A DNA stretch of 64,000 nt, from NCBI GenBank assembly GCA_012295275.1, contig CM022677.1:19344001-19408000 (forward strand), read 5' to 3'. The stretch comes from Chrysomallon squamiferum. Lineage: Eukaryota; Animalia; Mollusca. The translations under genes were made by a program, and so were the position numbers. The notes below the pieces were generated by a model. That model did not search any database and was not told where the DNA came from. It saw only the letters and a list, made by a program, of their open reading frames with translations. Below, in pieces: positions 52,372 through 64,000 of this stretch (the stretch's first letter is position 1; the number at the start of each line of letters is the position of its first letter).

Positions 52372-53673
52372 TATTGTTGTTGTTTTGTCGTTGTTGTTAA
52401 TGCTAATATTATTATTATTATTATTATTATATTATTATTATTTATATTATTATTATTATTTATTGTTGTTTTGTTGTTGTTATTGCTATTATCATTATTA
52501 ATTAATTAATTAATTAATTTTAATTTATTTATTTATTTATTTATTTATTTATTGAGTGAGTGAATATGTATGAATTGCTTTCTTGTTTGGGTGTGTGTGT
52601 TTGTTTGCTATCCATTCTTAATAACAAATAATTAACGACGAAAGTCCATAGTTCCAAACCATCTGATCGCCGCCATTTTACTAAACTTATGACATCATCG
52701 GCCCATTTGTCAAATAAACAAATAAATTGACGCCATCAAATACTGTCTAAACTGTATTATTTTAGTGCCATAGTTTATTATAAGCGATCAAGGATCGCCC
52801 TTTCGAATACAAAATAATTATTCCATATCTGTGATGTATGTCTATAGAAAGAGAGAGAGAGAGATAATTATAATGGTGATGATAATGATGATAAATACAG
52901 TATGTTAAGTGAATAATTTTCTTACAAGAAAAGAACAACAATAATAATAATATTACAATTGTTGTTGTTGTTGATGGTGGTCCTGGTGGTGATGTTGCTC
53001 TTGTTATTTTAAGGAAATTATTTACTTATTATTATTATTAATATTATCATTATTATTATTAATATTATTATTATTATTATTATTATGTTGTTATTATTAT
53101 TATTATTGTTGTTGTTGTTGAAAAGAAATTACTTACTTAACATACTGTATTTAGTTAAAGTAAAAAGAAACAATAATATGAATCAACACTATATCATTAT
53201 CCGATTACGTCACCGTACAAATAGATTACGTCATATCCTAGTAGTACAGAATATCGAACAATTTTTATCCGGGTTTTAGATTACCAGTTTCAAAGGCGTA
53301 TAGATTTATATCTCATAAGTACACGTTTTCGTTCTTTACTTTTCATTGTTTATTTTATGTTTTAAGAATAAATTAAGCTTTGAACGTAACACACGAACCC
53401 CTTACCTTGTCAGCTCGGTGATTGTCTAGAAAAATAATATTTATAGCGAGGTTGTTACGTCATAGTGCATATGACGTAATGAATGCACGTGACCTACTGT
53501 GTCATTAGAATGAATTGAAATACGCTTTGTTTACAAATAAATGTCACGTGGTTGACGTGTTGTATTGGCTGCGACGTTAACAGAAAAGACGACATCTAAA
53601 ATAAATAAATAAAGGTAAAAAGAAAAATTAAAATAAGTTCTAATAATATTAATATATAAGAATTCGACATCAT

Positions 53674-53710
<37 letters not shown>

Positions 53711-53942
53711 GGATGAAACAAATAAAAATGAATATATATTATTACAGTGTGTATTTGCTTGTTTATTTATTATTTTATATTTTCTTATATGAGATTACGT
53801 CATGATTAAAATAAAATTAATTAATTAATTAATTGAAATTCAAATTAAAAAAAAAAAAATTAAAGAAAAATAATAACATCCATGCGTTTTCTATTTTTTT
53901 CTCTCAAACTTCATTATTAACAGAAACTACTCCGCACTTACA

Positions 53943-54003
<61 letters not shown>

Positions 54004-54096
54004 TTATTATTATTATATAAATACACACACATACGCTCAGATAGGCTATCCTCTTCTTACAAACTGAATTATAATTTAAAAAAAAAAAAAAAAAAA

Positions 54097-54133
<37 letters not shown>

Positions 54134-54638
54134 CAACCTTCAAAAAAAAAGTCTCGAAATGCCCAGGAAGAAAGATACTAATGTTATAGACTAAAAAGGG
54201 AAAAAGATATCTAGTTTACCCAAAACTACGTTATAAAGCGTTTGGTTATTTAACGACAAAGCGGAAACATTTCGGCTGTTACTTAGGCTGTTCCATTTAT
54301 CCGACTTGCGTCTGTATAGTAGTGTAATAGAAAGCGAAGAAGAAGAAAAAGACGATGATGATGAAGATGAAGATGATGATGATGATGATGATAATAAAAT
54401 AATAAAAATAATAATAATAATAATAATAATAATGGAAGAGAAAGAACGACAGTAATAATGTTATGACGATGTGATAATGATAATGATGGTGATGATGACG
54501 GTGATGATAGTAATGATAATAATAAGAAGAAGAATAAGAAAGAAACAAGAAAGAAAGATGAAGGCATAAAGAATATTTAAAAACAACCAAATGCATTTTA
54601 ATATTTACGATTATTAAAATGTATTCATGAAATTGCAG

Positions 54639-54722
<84 letters not shown>

Positions 54723-54863
54723 GCATGTTAGACCTAATGGGTTTCTCTAAGTGGTTAGCAGTAAAGTAAAATTTATACATACTTTCCCATAATCAGGAAA
54801 AACTATACCATGCATTTGATAAACTTTTCGAAGAACATTAGAAGGTACATTAAAGAAAAAAAG

Positions 54864-54894
<31 letters not shown>

Positions 54895-55207
54895 CTATGA
54901 TGAATAGATCGTGTGACCGTAAGCATGCTGAAATTGTTATACAGTTTTCTCGTTAAAAAGAAGAGGAAGAAAAATGTAAGAATAAATTATTAAACAAGTA
55001 AAGAAAGAAAAAGAAAGAATGAAGAGAAACGTAAAGAAACAAATAAATTAAATGAAATAAATTAAAATAACGCCTCATGGAAATACACATGAGCACGTGT
55101 GTCTATAATATATGTGCGTTTTGGGTACGGGTGACATTTTGCGTACTTGTGTGCGTAGACATTTAAAGTATTCGCATTTAAATTTGTAATTAAACTTAAC
55201 AAAGTTT

Positions 55208-55263
<56 letters not shown>

Positions 55264-55447
55264 TACATACATACATACAAACATATATGTATAAAATGAA
55301 CAAAGAAAATTATTCGCATTTAAATTTGTAATTAATCTTAACAAAGTGTATCTATCTATCTATTTATCTATATACACACACACACACACATAAATGTAAA
55401 ATGAACAAAGAAAAATAAAACTACACAGAAAAATAAATAAATGAATA

Positions 55448-55494
<47 letters not shown>

Positions 55495-55549
55495 AAAATA
55501 AATAAATAAATAAATAATAAAAAAATAAATAAAAAATTTAGAAAATCGC

Positions 55550-56062
55550 GAACGGAGAAAAGTACGCTGAAACCGGCTCATTACATATGCGAAGTCAGCC
55601 TCACAGTAAGTAACATCCCATAATATCATCCGATCAGGCTGTTCCGTTAATTGAAGACACTCGGATTGAATGGAGATATTATGCTTCTATTACATATATT
55701 TTGCTGACAAAAACATTATCAATTAATGGTTAAAACTGTCAGTTGAGCACATGTTTATTGTATGATATATTGCTATGCTAAAAAATGCTTTAGATGCTTA
55801 CCGACGAGTTCGTATATCAGTCGGTCTTACCCCCTCCGCACCACACCCAGTCATTTCTTGATGACATCGTAAGAGAGAGGTAAATTTGCATGTTTTTGGG
55901 AACGTCTTCGACAATCTGTCGAACATTATCCAAAATTTTGCCCCTCAACTGGTCACGTTGAACTGGGGTTCAACGGGGGTTAGGAAACCAGGACCCGGGC
56001 ACCCCGTGAGAGACCTAGCAGAGACGGTCCAAGGCTGAGTGTCGGGAAAACCGCACAAAATC
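55550..56062 (+). promoter_or_regulatory. GC/CpG-enriched promoter and 5' UTR region of G-alpha-q
   Basis: Local rise in GC and CpG directly upstream of the ATG. A YY1-like GCCGCCATTTT lies at ~56465 in intron 1. Confidence 0.5.
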
Positions 56063-56183
56063 ATGATGGCGTGCTGCCTAACAGAGGAACTGAAGGAACA
56101 GAAACGTATAAATCAGGAAATAGAGAGACAATTACGTAAAGACAAGAGAGATGCGAGGAGGGAGCTCAAATTACTTTTATTAG
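56063..56183 (+). CDS. GNAQ: Heterotrimeric G protein alpha-q subunit, first coding exon (rest not found in window)
   Basis: [40 protein letters not shown](G), then a phase-1 GTAAGT donor. This is the diagnostic Gq/11 N-terminus with the palmitoylated Cys-Cys. No TGESGKS exon was seen in the remaining 7.8 kb. Confidence 0.96.
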
Positions 56184-57982
56184 GTAAGTTTTACTAAACG
56201 ATATAAGCTTTTCTTGGTCCTTTTTACAACGTGTTTTGCTTGCTGTATCTATTCGTCTGCTTGATGATTATGCGAATCGTCGGTGCTTCTTCGATCTAAT
56301 AGATACCAAGTGCCCGTTGTATTTGGTTTATTTACCTGTAATTCATTAGTCTATTCATTAATCTACATGTCTATACTGATATAATGCTTGATCGCAGCTT
56401 AGATGCTGGAAATCTTTAAAATTTAATACTGCTTGTTTATTTTTGATTTTTTTTCTGGCGTGGGCCGCCATTTTGGATTCGTATGAAACGTGAATACATA
56501 ATTCATTCAACGATCTATATTTGTATGCCAAGTAGGATGAAATAGCCAAGACCGCTAATGGTATAATCAAAATAAAAATTCATTAAATATGCAATGTATT
56601 GCACTTGTATGCCGCGTTATAAATTTATTAACCGCACATTGTTTATTTTCTTTTGAAAAATTGTCAAAATGCAAGGTAGGCTTGTTTGAGTGTTATTTTT
56701 ACCAGAAGCATGCACTGTGATGTGGAAGCGACTGCATTTTCCTTATTTTTGGATGTAAATTATTAATATTATAAACTGGATAATTGTACTGCCTAATATT
56801 TTGGTGGTTATGTCGAGATCATAGTGTTGGATTCAGGGACTGATGTTTATGCATTGTCAAAATATTACACAGCTTATTGCATTGTTTATTTTTGGTGTAA
56901 CACCGGATTGGTGACTACAGTTAATCCATTAATTTCATGTATTGCAAAATATTTAGCTTGAAAATGGAATGGTGTGGTTGTAAAATGCAAGTTTAGTAAC
57001 TGTACGTGGTCAAGTAGTAACGGTTTTTATCAACAATTGGTTGTGTTTTATTACCAGTGTATAACCAATTTCAGCAAACTAAAAATATTTTTAAACAACA
57101 GCTTTGTAACTGAAAGCAAAAGAAAAGAAATCTCACAACATTTAAAAAAAAGAATAAAATTTGGAAACTTCCCATCCCCACCTCTTCAGAATAAAATCTT
57201 TTATAACCTACTAATTTTATTTTTTTAAATGTTGTCATTTATTAATTGAGCATTTAGCAAAGTAGGGGGATGTGTGGTCAGGATTTTTTACAGGAATGAA
57301 AATTAACAAATGACATATATTGTGTGTGTGTGTGTGTGCAGATTTATGGTGATATTATTTAAAATATTTAAAAGGTTATGCATAATTTTTAGACAATTGA
57401 ACATTTTATTACATTTATTTAGTATTTGAATGAAAAATGTACAAGATCAATGGAAAAAGAATGCACAAAAGTATAATGACTTTATTTTCTTATTATTGTT
57501 TAAAGTGATAAAATTCACATTAAACTGTATTCATTTACAGCCAGCAGTATACAGAAGCATCTTTTAATCCAAGTGGATGTTTCATTGACCGGATTGTGCA
57601 CCCAAAATACGATCCAGTTATTACCTTTGTTTTTGTAATGATCCGGTTTATAAACTGTCATTTTAAAAACAAACAAATGTGTAGATACCAGCTCACAAAT
57701 ATTTTCGTTGCGATATTTCATTTTTGTTTACAAACAAAAGCACATAGGAAGAAAACAAAAATCACTTTTTCTACTATTTAATAAAAAGATTGCAAAGTGA
57801 CCATAATAAGAGTGTCCAAAATATTATTCATCAAAATAAAAAGAATGCTGAGTCTTGGTCTCTGTTTTCATTGTTTTAATAGTTTTAAGTTGAATTTCAT
57901 TTATGCAAATAATGTGAGCAGTTCTGCACAACATAAAACAGTTCTGAGAGAATAATATCTATATCTATATACGTATATATAT

Positions 57983-58028
<46 letters not shown>

Positions 58029-60817
58029 TGCATTTTCTTGGCTAGCATCTCATTTAGTAAGATATCTTGCTTGCAGCGCTAAGAATATTAATTAAACTGT
58101 ACAACATGTTTTTTTTTAAATGTAGACATTTAATATAGTAACATATACTGAACCTCAGAGAAAATTGTCTTATTAAGAACCATTTTAACAGTTCCATATA
58201 TTGAAGAAATACAAAATATTAGTAGCAGTCATTTTTTTTTGGAAAGAAAAAGGAAAACCGAAAACAAAAATTCCTGTTATAAAATGTGTTTCTGTGTTGT
58301 ACTGACCACATTGCATGTTAAACTATTATTTTAAAAATAAGTATAAATAATATATAACAGGTTTGGACTATGCAGTTAAATCTGTTGTGTCGTGTTAAAA
58401 ATGTAGTCAAAATTGTTGTTTGTAAAGAGGACATATCAAACAGATATCGGTGCATGTTGAAATATATAATTTAAAATACATTTTAAAACCCCCAACAAAA
58501 CTCATCTTGTTACTAAAAAGAATTCAGAATGCAACATGGCATAATATACTATTGTTACAAATACTTAGATCTTGGCATGTTCAAATGTGTAATTTAAAAA
58601 ATGTTTTTAAAATATCCAAAGCATCTTGTTGTAAAATAATTCAGATCTTTGTTGAATATATATCTGTATTAAACATATTTCATGGTATGCTTTATACACA
58701 TGTGTATTTGTGTATGTACACACACACACATACACAATTATTTGAGATCACATGCTTAGGTATATATCCATTTAATGCAAATGAAATAGCAAATGAAATA
58801 GCTGATGAAATAGGGACATGATCAGAGAAACTGAAATTTCATTTCTTAAACATTTAATGACCTGATAGGCAAACAGAATTTCGAATAGAAATAAAAATCT
58901 TTGTTATAGTCATATAAAAGTGACTGTAAAAATTTATTAATGATTGTTTTATTTTGGTAGCTTGTATATTTTTTTTATTTTTTTTTTTTTATTTTTATTT
59001 TTTTTACTTTTTAAGTTACATCGTCAGGTGATCATATGTTTTTACTTTGTTTTATTTCCGCAAGCTAAAATATAAAATTTGTTAATGAAATGCCAGAATT
59101 TAGGATTGTTCAGAAAATGGTTGGTAATATGTTACTAGTTTATATTGTATTTCTGAAGTAAAAATACAGAATTATAAAATGAAATTCATGACATTTTTTG
59201 ATAGATCAGGAAATTGTTTGTTTGTGTGTGAAAACAGTTTTAATATATTGTATTAAAATAAAATTAATATTACAATGAACGATAATATATTTAACAACAT
59301 TTAAAAAAAATTGGTTTAGTTAAGTTTGTGCGTGTGTCTGTGTGTGTGTGTGTGTGTGTGTTAAGTTTTAATATCCTGTGGCAAAATAACGGTGGACAAT
59401 AATATTTATCAACATTTATTAAAAAAAAGAGAAAAATAATAAGGTTCTAGTTAAGTAAAAATATTAAAGATTACTATGACTTGCTTGTAGCATACTAAAA
59501 ATTAATTACCACGTATGTAGCATACTTTTTTCTTACCTGTTTATTATTGACTTTCAGATTAATGTTGTAAAATCTTGCTCAAGATTCAGAATAGATCTGT
59601 GACGTTAGCGTTTTCATTTTTGAATAAACATAAGAAATGTGTAGCTACAGGGTTATCAGTCATTGGCTGATGCATAATGTCACATGATCTGTCCTCTTCA
59701 GAGAGTCGGTAGCGTATTTCCCAATCCAACTAATGCCTCGCTTTTCTTTGATGAGCTTTACAGTGTATTTAAAGATGTACAACCAAAAAATCCTTTGTTG
59801 TTATTCTTTAAAAAAAAAAAGGCATAAATGTTACGTAGAAGCAGTTTATCTCCCTTGTTTACAATCACAGACTGAGTGATAGAAGTTTATAATCATAGAC
59901 AGACAGACAGACAAATAAAACTTGTGTGTGTTTCTAAATAAAACCTTTATTTCCAAATTTCTCTCTAATAGTCTTGAATATAAAGTGAACAGATTTGTAC
60001 ACCTGAGAAAAACCAAACAAATTTTATAATAAATAAGAACATTTTAATTCTTACCAAGATGGCGGATTCTGCCTTGTCGAAGGTAACCCTTTTGGTTACA
60101 TTATTTAATCAGCATTGGTGATGTTACTGTTCAGCAAGGGTATTATCATATACAGTAAGTTGAAAAAAGAGAGATCCATATTTTCTGTTTTGATTGATAT
60201 TTGGTGGAGGAAGTAATTCCTAAAAATCATTTATCTGGTGAACAAAAAAAAAATTCAGATAACAAATTGTGTAGGTAATTAAGAATTAAAATGCCGGATT
60301 TTAATTTTAAATTTTTTTTTTTTTTTTTTTTTTTTTTGCTTTAAACATTTTTAAATCTAAATATTGACTTTTCAAAAATAGATAAAGAAAAGAATACACT
60401 TAATGGAAGTTAATCATAAAATGAACTGCCACTAAACGGTATTGTATTTGAATTTTTTTATTTTATTTTTATTTTCACATTTTTAAACTAAAAATTTTCT
60501 TATGTATTTGTACTTAAATGGTGACATAATTATAAAAGGACTTTATCATAACAGTAGGCCACTGGAGTTCTATTGCAATTTAAAAAATAAATGAAACAAC
60601 CAGTTAAGAAACTTGAACAGAATCAAAACGAAAGATGAAACATGCAGTCTTGTAGATGTATACAGTATCATTTAATGACTATGATGATGATGATGATGAT
60701 GATGATGGGGTTAGTTTACTTCCTCTTTAACAGGGTTACAGGTATTGGATTTCCAAACTGGTATATAGTAATGATTAAAGAGAGTTTATTTATTTACTTT
60801 TATTATTATTATTGTTA

Positions 60818-60848
<31 letters not shown>

Positions 60849-61286
60849 AGTATTTTTTATTTTTATTTTATTTTTTTTGATTAATTAATAAAAAATAATA
60901 GTCATCATAAATTTATGATAAAATATCCCAGTAGCATTTGAATGTTAATCCTTTTTTTTTTTTTTTTTTGTGTTTATTTCTTTTATAAATAAATAAATAA
61001 ATAAGAATTATAATATAAACAACAAAAATTACTGTCACTGAATATGTATCATGACTTGGTAATAAACACATAGAGATATATTTGTATAGCTTCCTAATTA
61101 TTTTTTAATTATTTACAATTTTTATTTTTCATGCTACAAATGTTCTCTTTGCTTTGATCAGAAATGTTTAAGGCATTGAGTGAACTACATTTTTTTCAGT
61201 TGTCTCATAAAGTAGAAACATTATGGACAGTTACCAATCAAATTATTATTTGAATCACTGGCACATAACCCCCCCACACACACACA

Positions 61287-61326
<40 letters not shown>

Positions 61327-62920
61327 AGACTAGACAGTTTTTCAAATTTAACATGCCGTTTCTAGTTTTTAAAAATTAAGACAAAAAAAGATACTAGTTA
61401 ACATAATAACTGAAATTGTTCCATACGTATCTAGTTATCAAACAAACATGGCTGAATCCATGATGAAGCCTCGTGGAGTCACAAATAGTTCTGTTACAAC
61501 ACAAAATATTAAAAAAAAAAACCAAAAAAACACATCAAGAAATATGTTATTATATTTTTTATATGATATGGTTCCTGGATCAGTGGGATTTGTAAGAAGG
61601 ACACAAGGGCAAACTAGATGGGGTAGAGATGGAGATTTATTGTTGTGTATTGTGTCCATAATTTGAGGCCTGAAGGCATCTGTGGAGGGCTGCCATGCCA
61701 TTTGCTGTTGGTACTGTGGTACACACGCACACACACACACATATATAATGCTATCATTTTCACACATCTGCCACTCATGTCTTCATTTACAGCACGTAAT
61801 TTTACAAGGTTGGTGGTATCTGCTTTTCTATTACAATAGAAGGTATAAAAGATCTGTAGCTGCTGATATCATCTGTATTGTACATATCTGCATTCCAATA
61901 GCACCTGCATGTGTGTGATTAACAATATCATAACCTATTACATTCTGTTCAGGTCCAACCTATGCATTTCAAAGTAGACTTTAAGAATAATATCAAGTAT
62001 TAAATTCGATAAAATCAGAAAACTTCCTGGATTGTGATATGTCGGTTTCATAAAGCTACGCTCCAAAGTCTCTCCTTCCTTCGTTTAATAAAAACAATAT
62101 CAGTTACATTGCGTTTAATGTAATCCCAAAGTTTTTTCTGCATTTATAATAACTTCATCTTGATAAAAAAAAATATTGTTCAGTACCCTGTCCCATATCT
62201 TCAGTAATTTATCATTTAGTCAGGAACAACAACCCGTATTGTTAAATATGTATTGTTAAACGTAACCCTCCTCAGTGTTACAGTAATCATCTGCATTTAG
62301 TTTCTCATACCTTCATGGTGACTTTGAATTGAGCCGCGACAAAAGGCTCGTCTTTGCTCAAGTTTTTAACCAGAGCTTTTTCATGAAAACCAGGGACTGA
62401 GGAAGTATTTTGCACGTATATTGAAGTATGCAGATATTCATGTTTTGGTTCGTTGCTAATACAGTTTCAACTGCAGTACTGTTTAGTAAAGTATGCACAG
62501 ATTAAGGATCAGTAGTGTGGTTGATTTTTGACCCTAGGGGTTTTATGGGACTGTCAAGGGTGTTGATAAGACTCAAAGGGTCAGAAAGGGGCAACTGAAA
62601 CAGAAACAGAAACTGAAAAGGAAAAAAAAAAAAAAAACGATAAGGCAAAAATGCGTCTTATTGAAAATCAGTAATGAAGGAAAAGGGCAAAGAAAATATT
62701 ACCTTTAAATAGAGAAATTTATTATTAATAAAATTTATTTATTTATTTTACATACTTAATGTCTGATGAAAGATCAAGGTTTCCATGAAGAGGTTGATGG
62801 TGTTAAAAAGGTTTTGCAGATCTCTGACCTAGATAAATATCATAAAGTGGGAAAAAGGTCTGACTTGAACAAATCCTTCAGAACATTTATCTTTTCCTTG
62901 ATAAATTCAATTAATAAATT

Positions 62921-62952
<32 letters not shown>

Positions 62953-63300
62953 TCTTGTGGGATAAAGTTTCTACATGAACAAAAAAGAAGGAAAATTTTT
63001 AGGATGGTGTAATCCCTCTTTTTATGTGCCCAGTGTCATTCTGTAACATCAATCAGCTGCATTTGATAACTGTAACCTTGAATTAGGTTTAAAATCTCCC
63101 TCTTCTCCATCTCATTTTGGGCACACTGTTTATCTTTTGAACTCCATATCAATTTTCTCTTTAAATATATATATATTTTTTAATTACTTTTTTGTTAAAA
63201 GGTTTTTATTCATAATCTATTAAAGTAGGTCAGTAGGCTATGCAATTGTCTGTGATTATTTGGTTACAGTATTCATATGTTGACTTCACCTTTACTTATT

Positions 63301-63336
<36 letters not shown>

Positions 63337-63343
63337 TATTATT

Positions 63344-63380
<37 letters not shown>

Positions 63381-63622
63381 CATTCATAATCTATTAAATT
63401 GTGTCAGTAACCCAAGCTTGCGTCTGCTTTTATTTGGCTACAGTATTCATTTGTTAAACAGCAGTGTAATCTGGGAAAAAAAATAACACTTCAAGGTCAT
63501 AATGCCATTAATGTATGTTATGCATATTGATAATAATCTAATGCTTCACTTCAGGGAACACATTTGTAACATAATAACACATTACCATGACAACAGGTAC
63601 ACAACTTTTAAACAGTGATCAT

Positions 63623-63658
<36 letters not shown>

Positions 63659-64000
63659 TTTAGGTTTATTCATATGCCAAAATGTGTTTTAGTTGACTGA
63701 TATTTTATGTGTTGTACTAAAAGACTTGAGATATTGTAAATTGTTCAGATTACTTTTATATATATATATATATATTTTAATTTTTTGATTTTAATAAAAC
63801 ATGAAGTAAAAGCAGATGGATTGCATTACAAGTTTACAAGTTCAGTGCTTGTAATTCAAAAATAATACGTCCATTTTATAACTTGTTAACAGATTAAAAG
63901 AAAAAATGTGATCTTTGACAAATCAGTTTCTTTGTCGTCTTGGTTTTTGTGTGACTGCATTGTAACTTAAAATACATTTTAAAAACATACAATCATATCA

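Noticed and set aside
56358-63486. Short ORFs in the Gq intron
   Set aside because: No G-alpha motifs, transposase or reverse-transcriptase similarity recognised; low complexity.

Overview
AT-rich, microsatellite-saturated, intron-containing animal genomic DNA. It is probably a mollusc, possibly a cephalopod; this is inferred from gene content and repeat style and is not proven. Most ORFs in the supplied track are simple-repeat artefacts, so the genes were rebuilt by hand from splice sites and exon phases. In order: (1) an orphan single-pass membrane protein with a Tyr-motif tail (+, 5221-9049); (2) a Hog (Hint + sterol-recognition region) autoprocessing protein with no Hedge domain, whose released N-terminal product would be only about 20 aa, and whose first intron holds a 39-bp minisatellite of splice donors (+, ~11645-16009); (3) a convergent class I O-methyltransferase resembling the cyanobacterial mycosporine-pathway MysB type, with a scrambled exon 2 (-, 19937-16444); (4) a ~12-kb tandem duplication (22441-34551 / 34552-46338) carrying an unusual NHR-NHR-(YxxP)n-coiled coil-CARD gene plus the 5' part of GPATCH4, where copy 1 has the intact CARD gene and a truncated GPATCH4 and copy 2 has a frameshifted CARD gene and the complete GPATCH4; (5) the first coding exon of G-alpha-q (56063-56183), followed by a long intron running off the window. 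The best candidates for undescribed biology are the Neuralized-repeat/CARD adaptor and the Hedge-less short-peptide Hog protein. Family assignments rest on remembered motif consensus; no database search was run.
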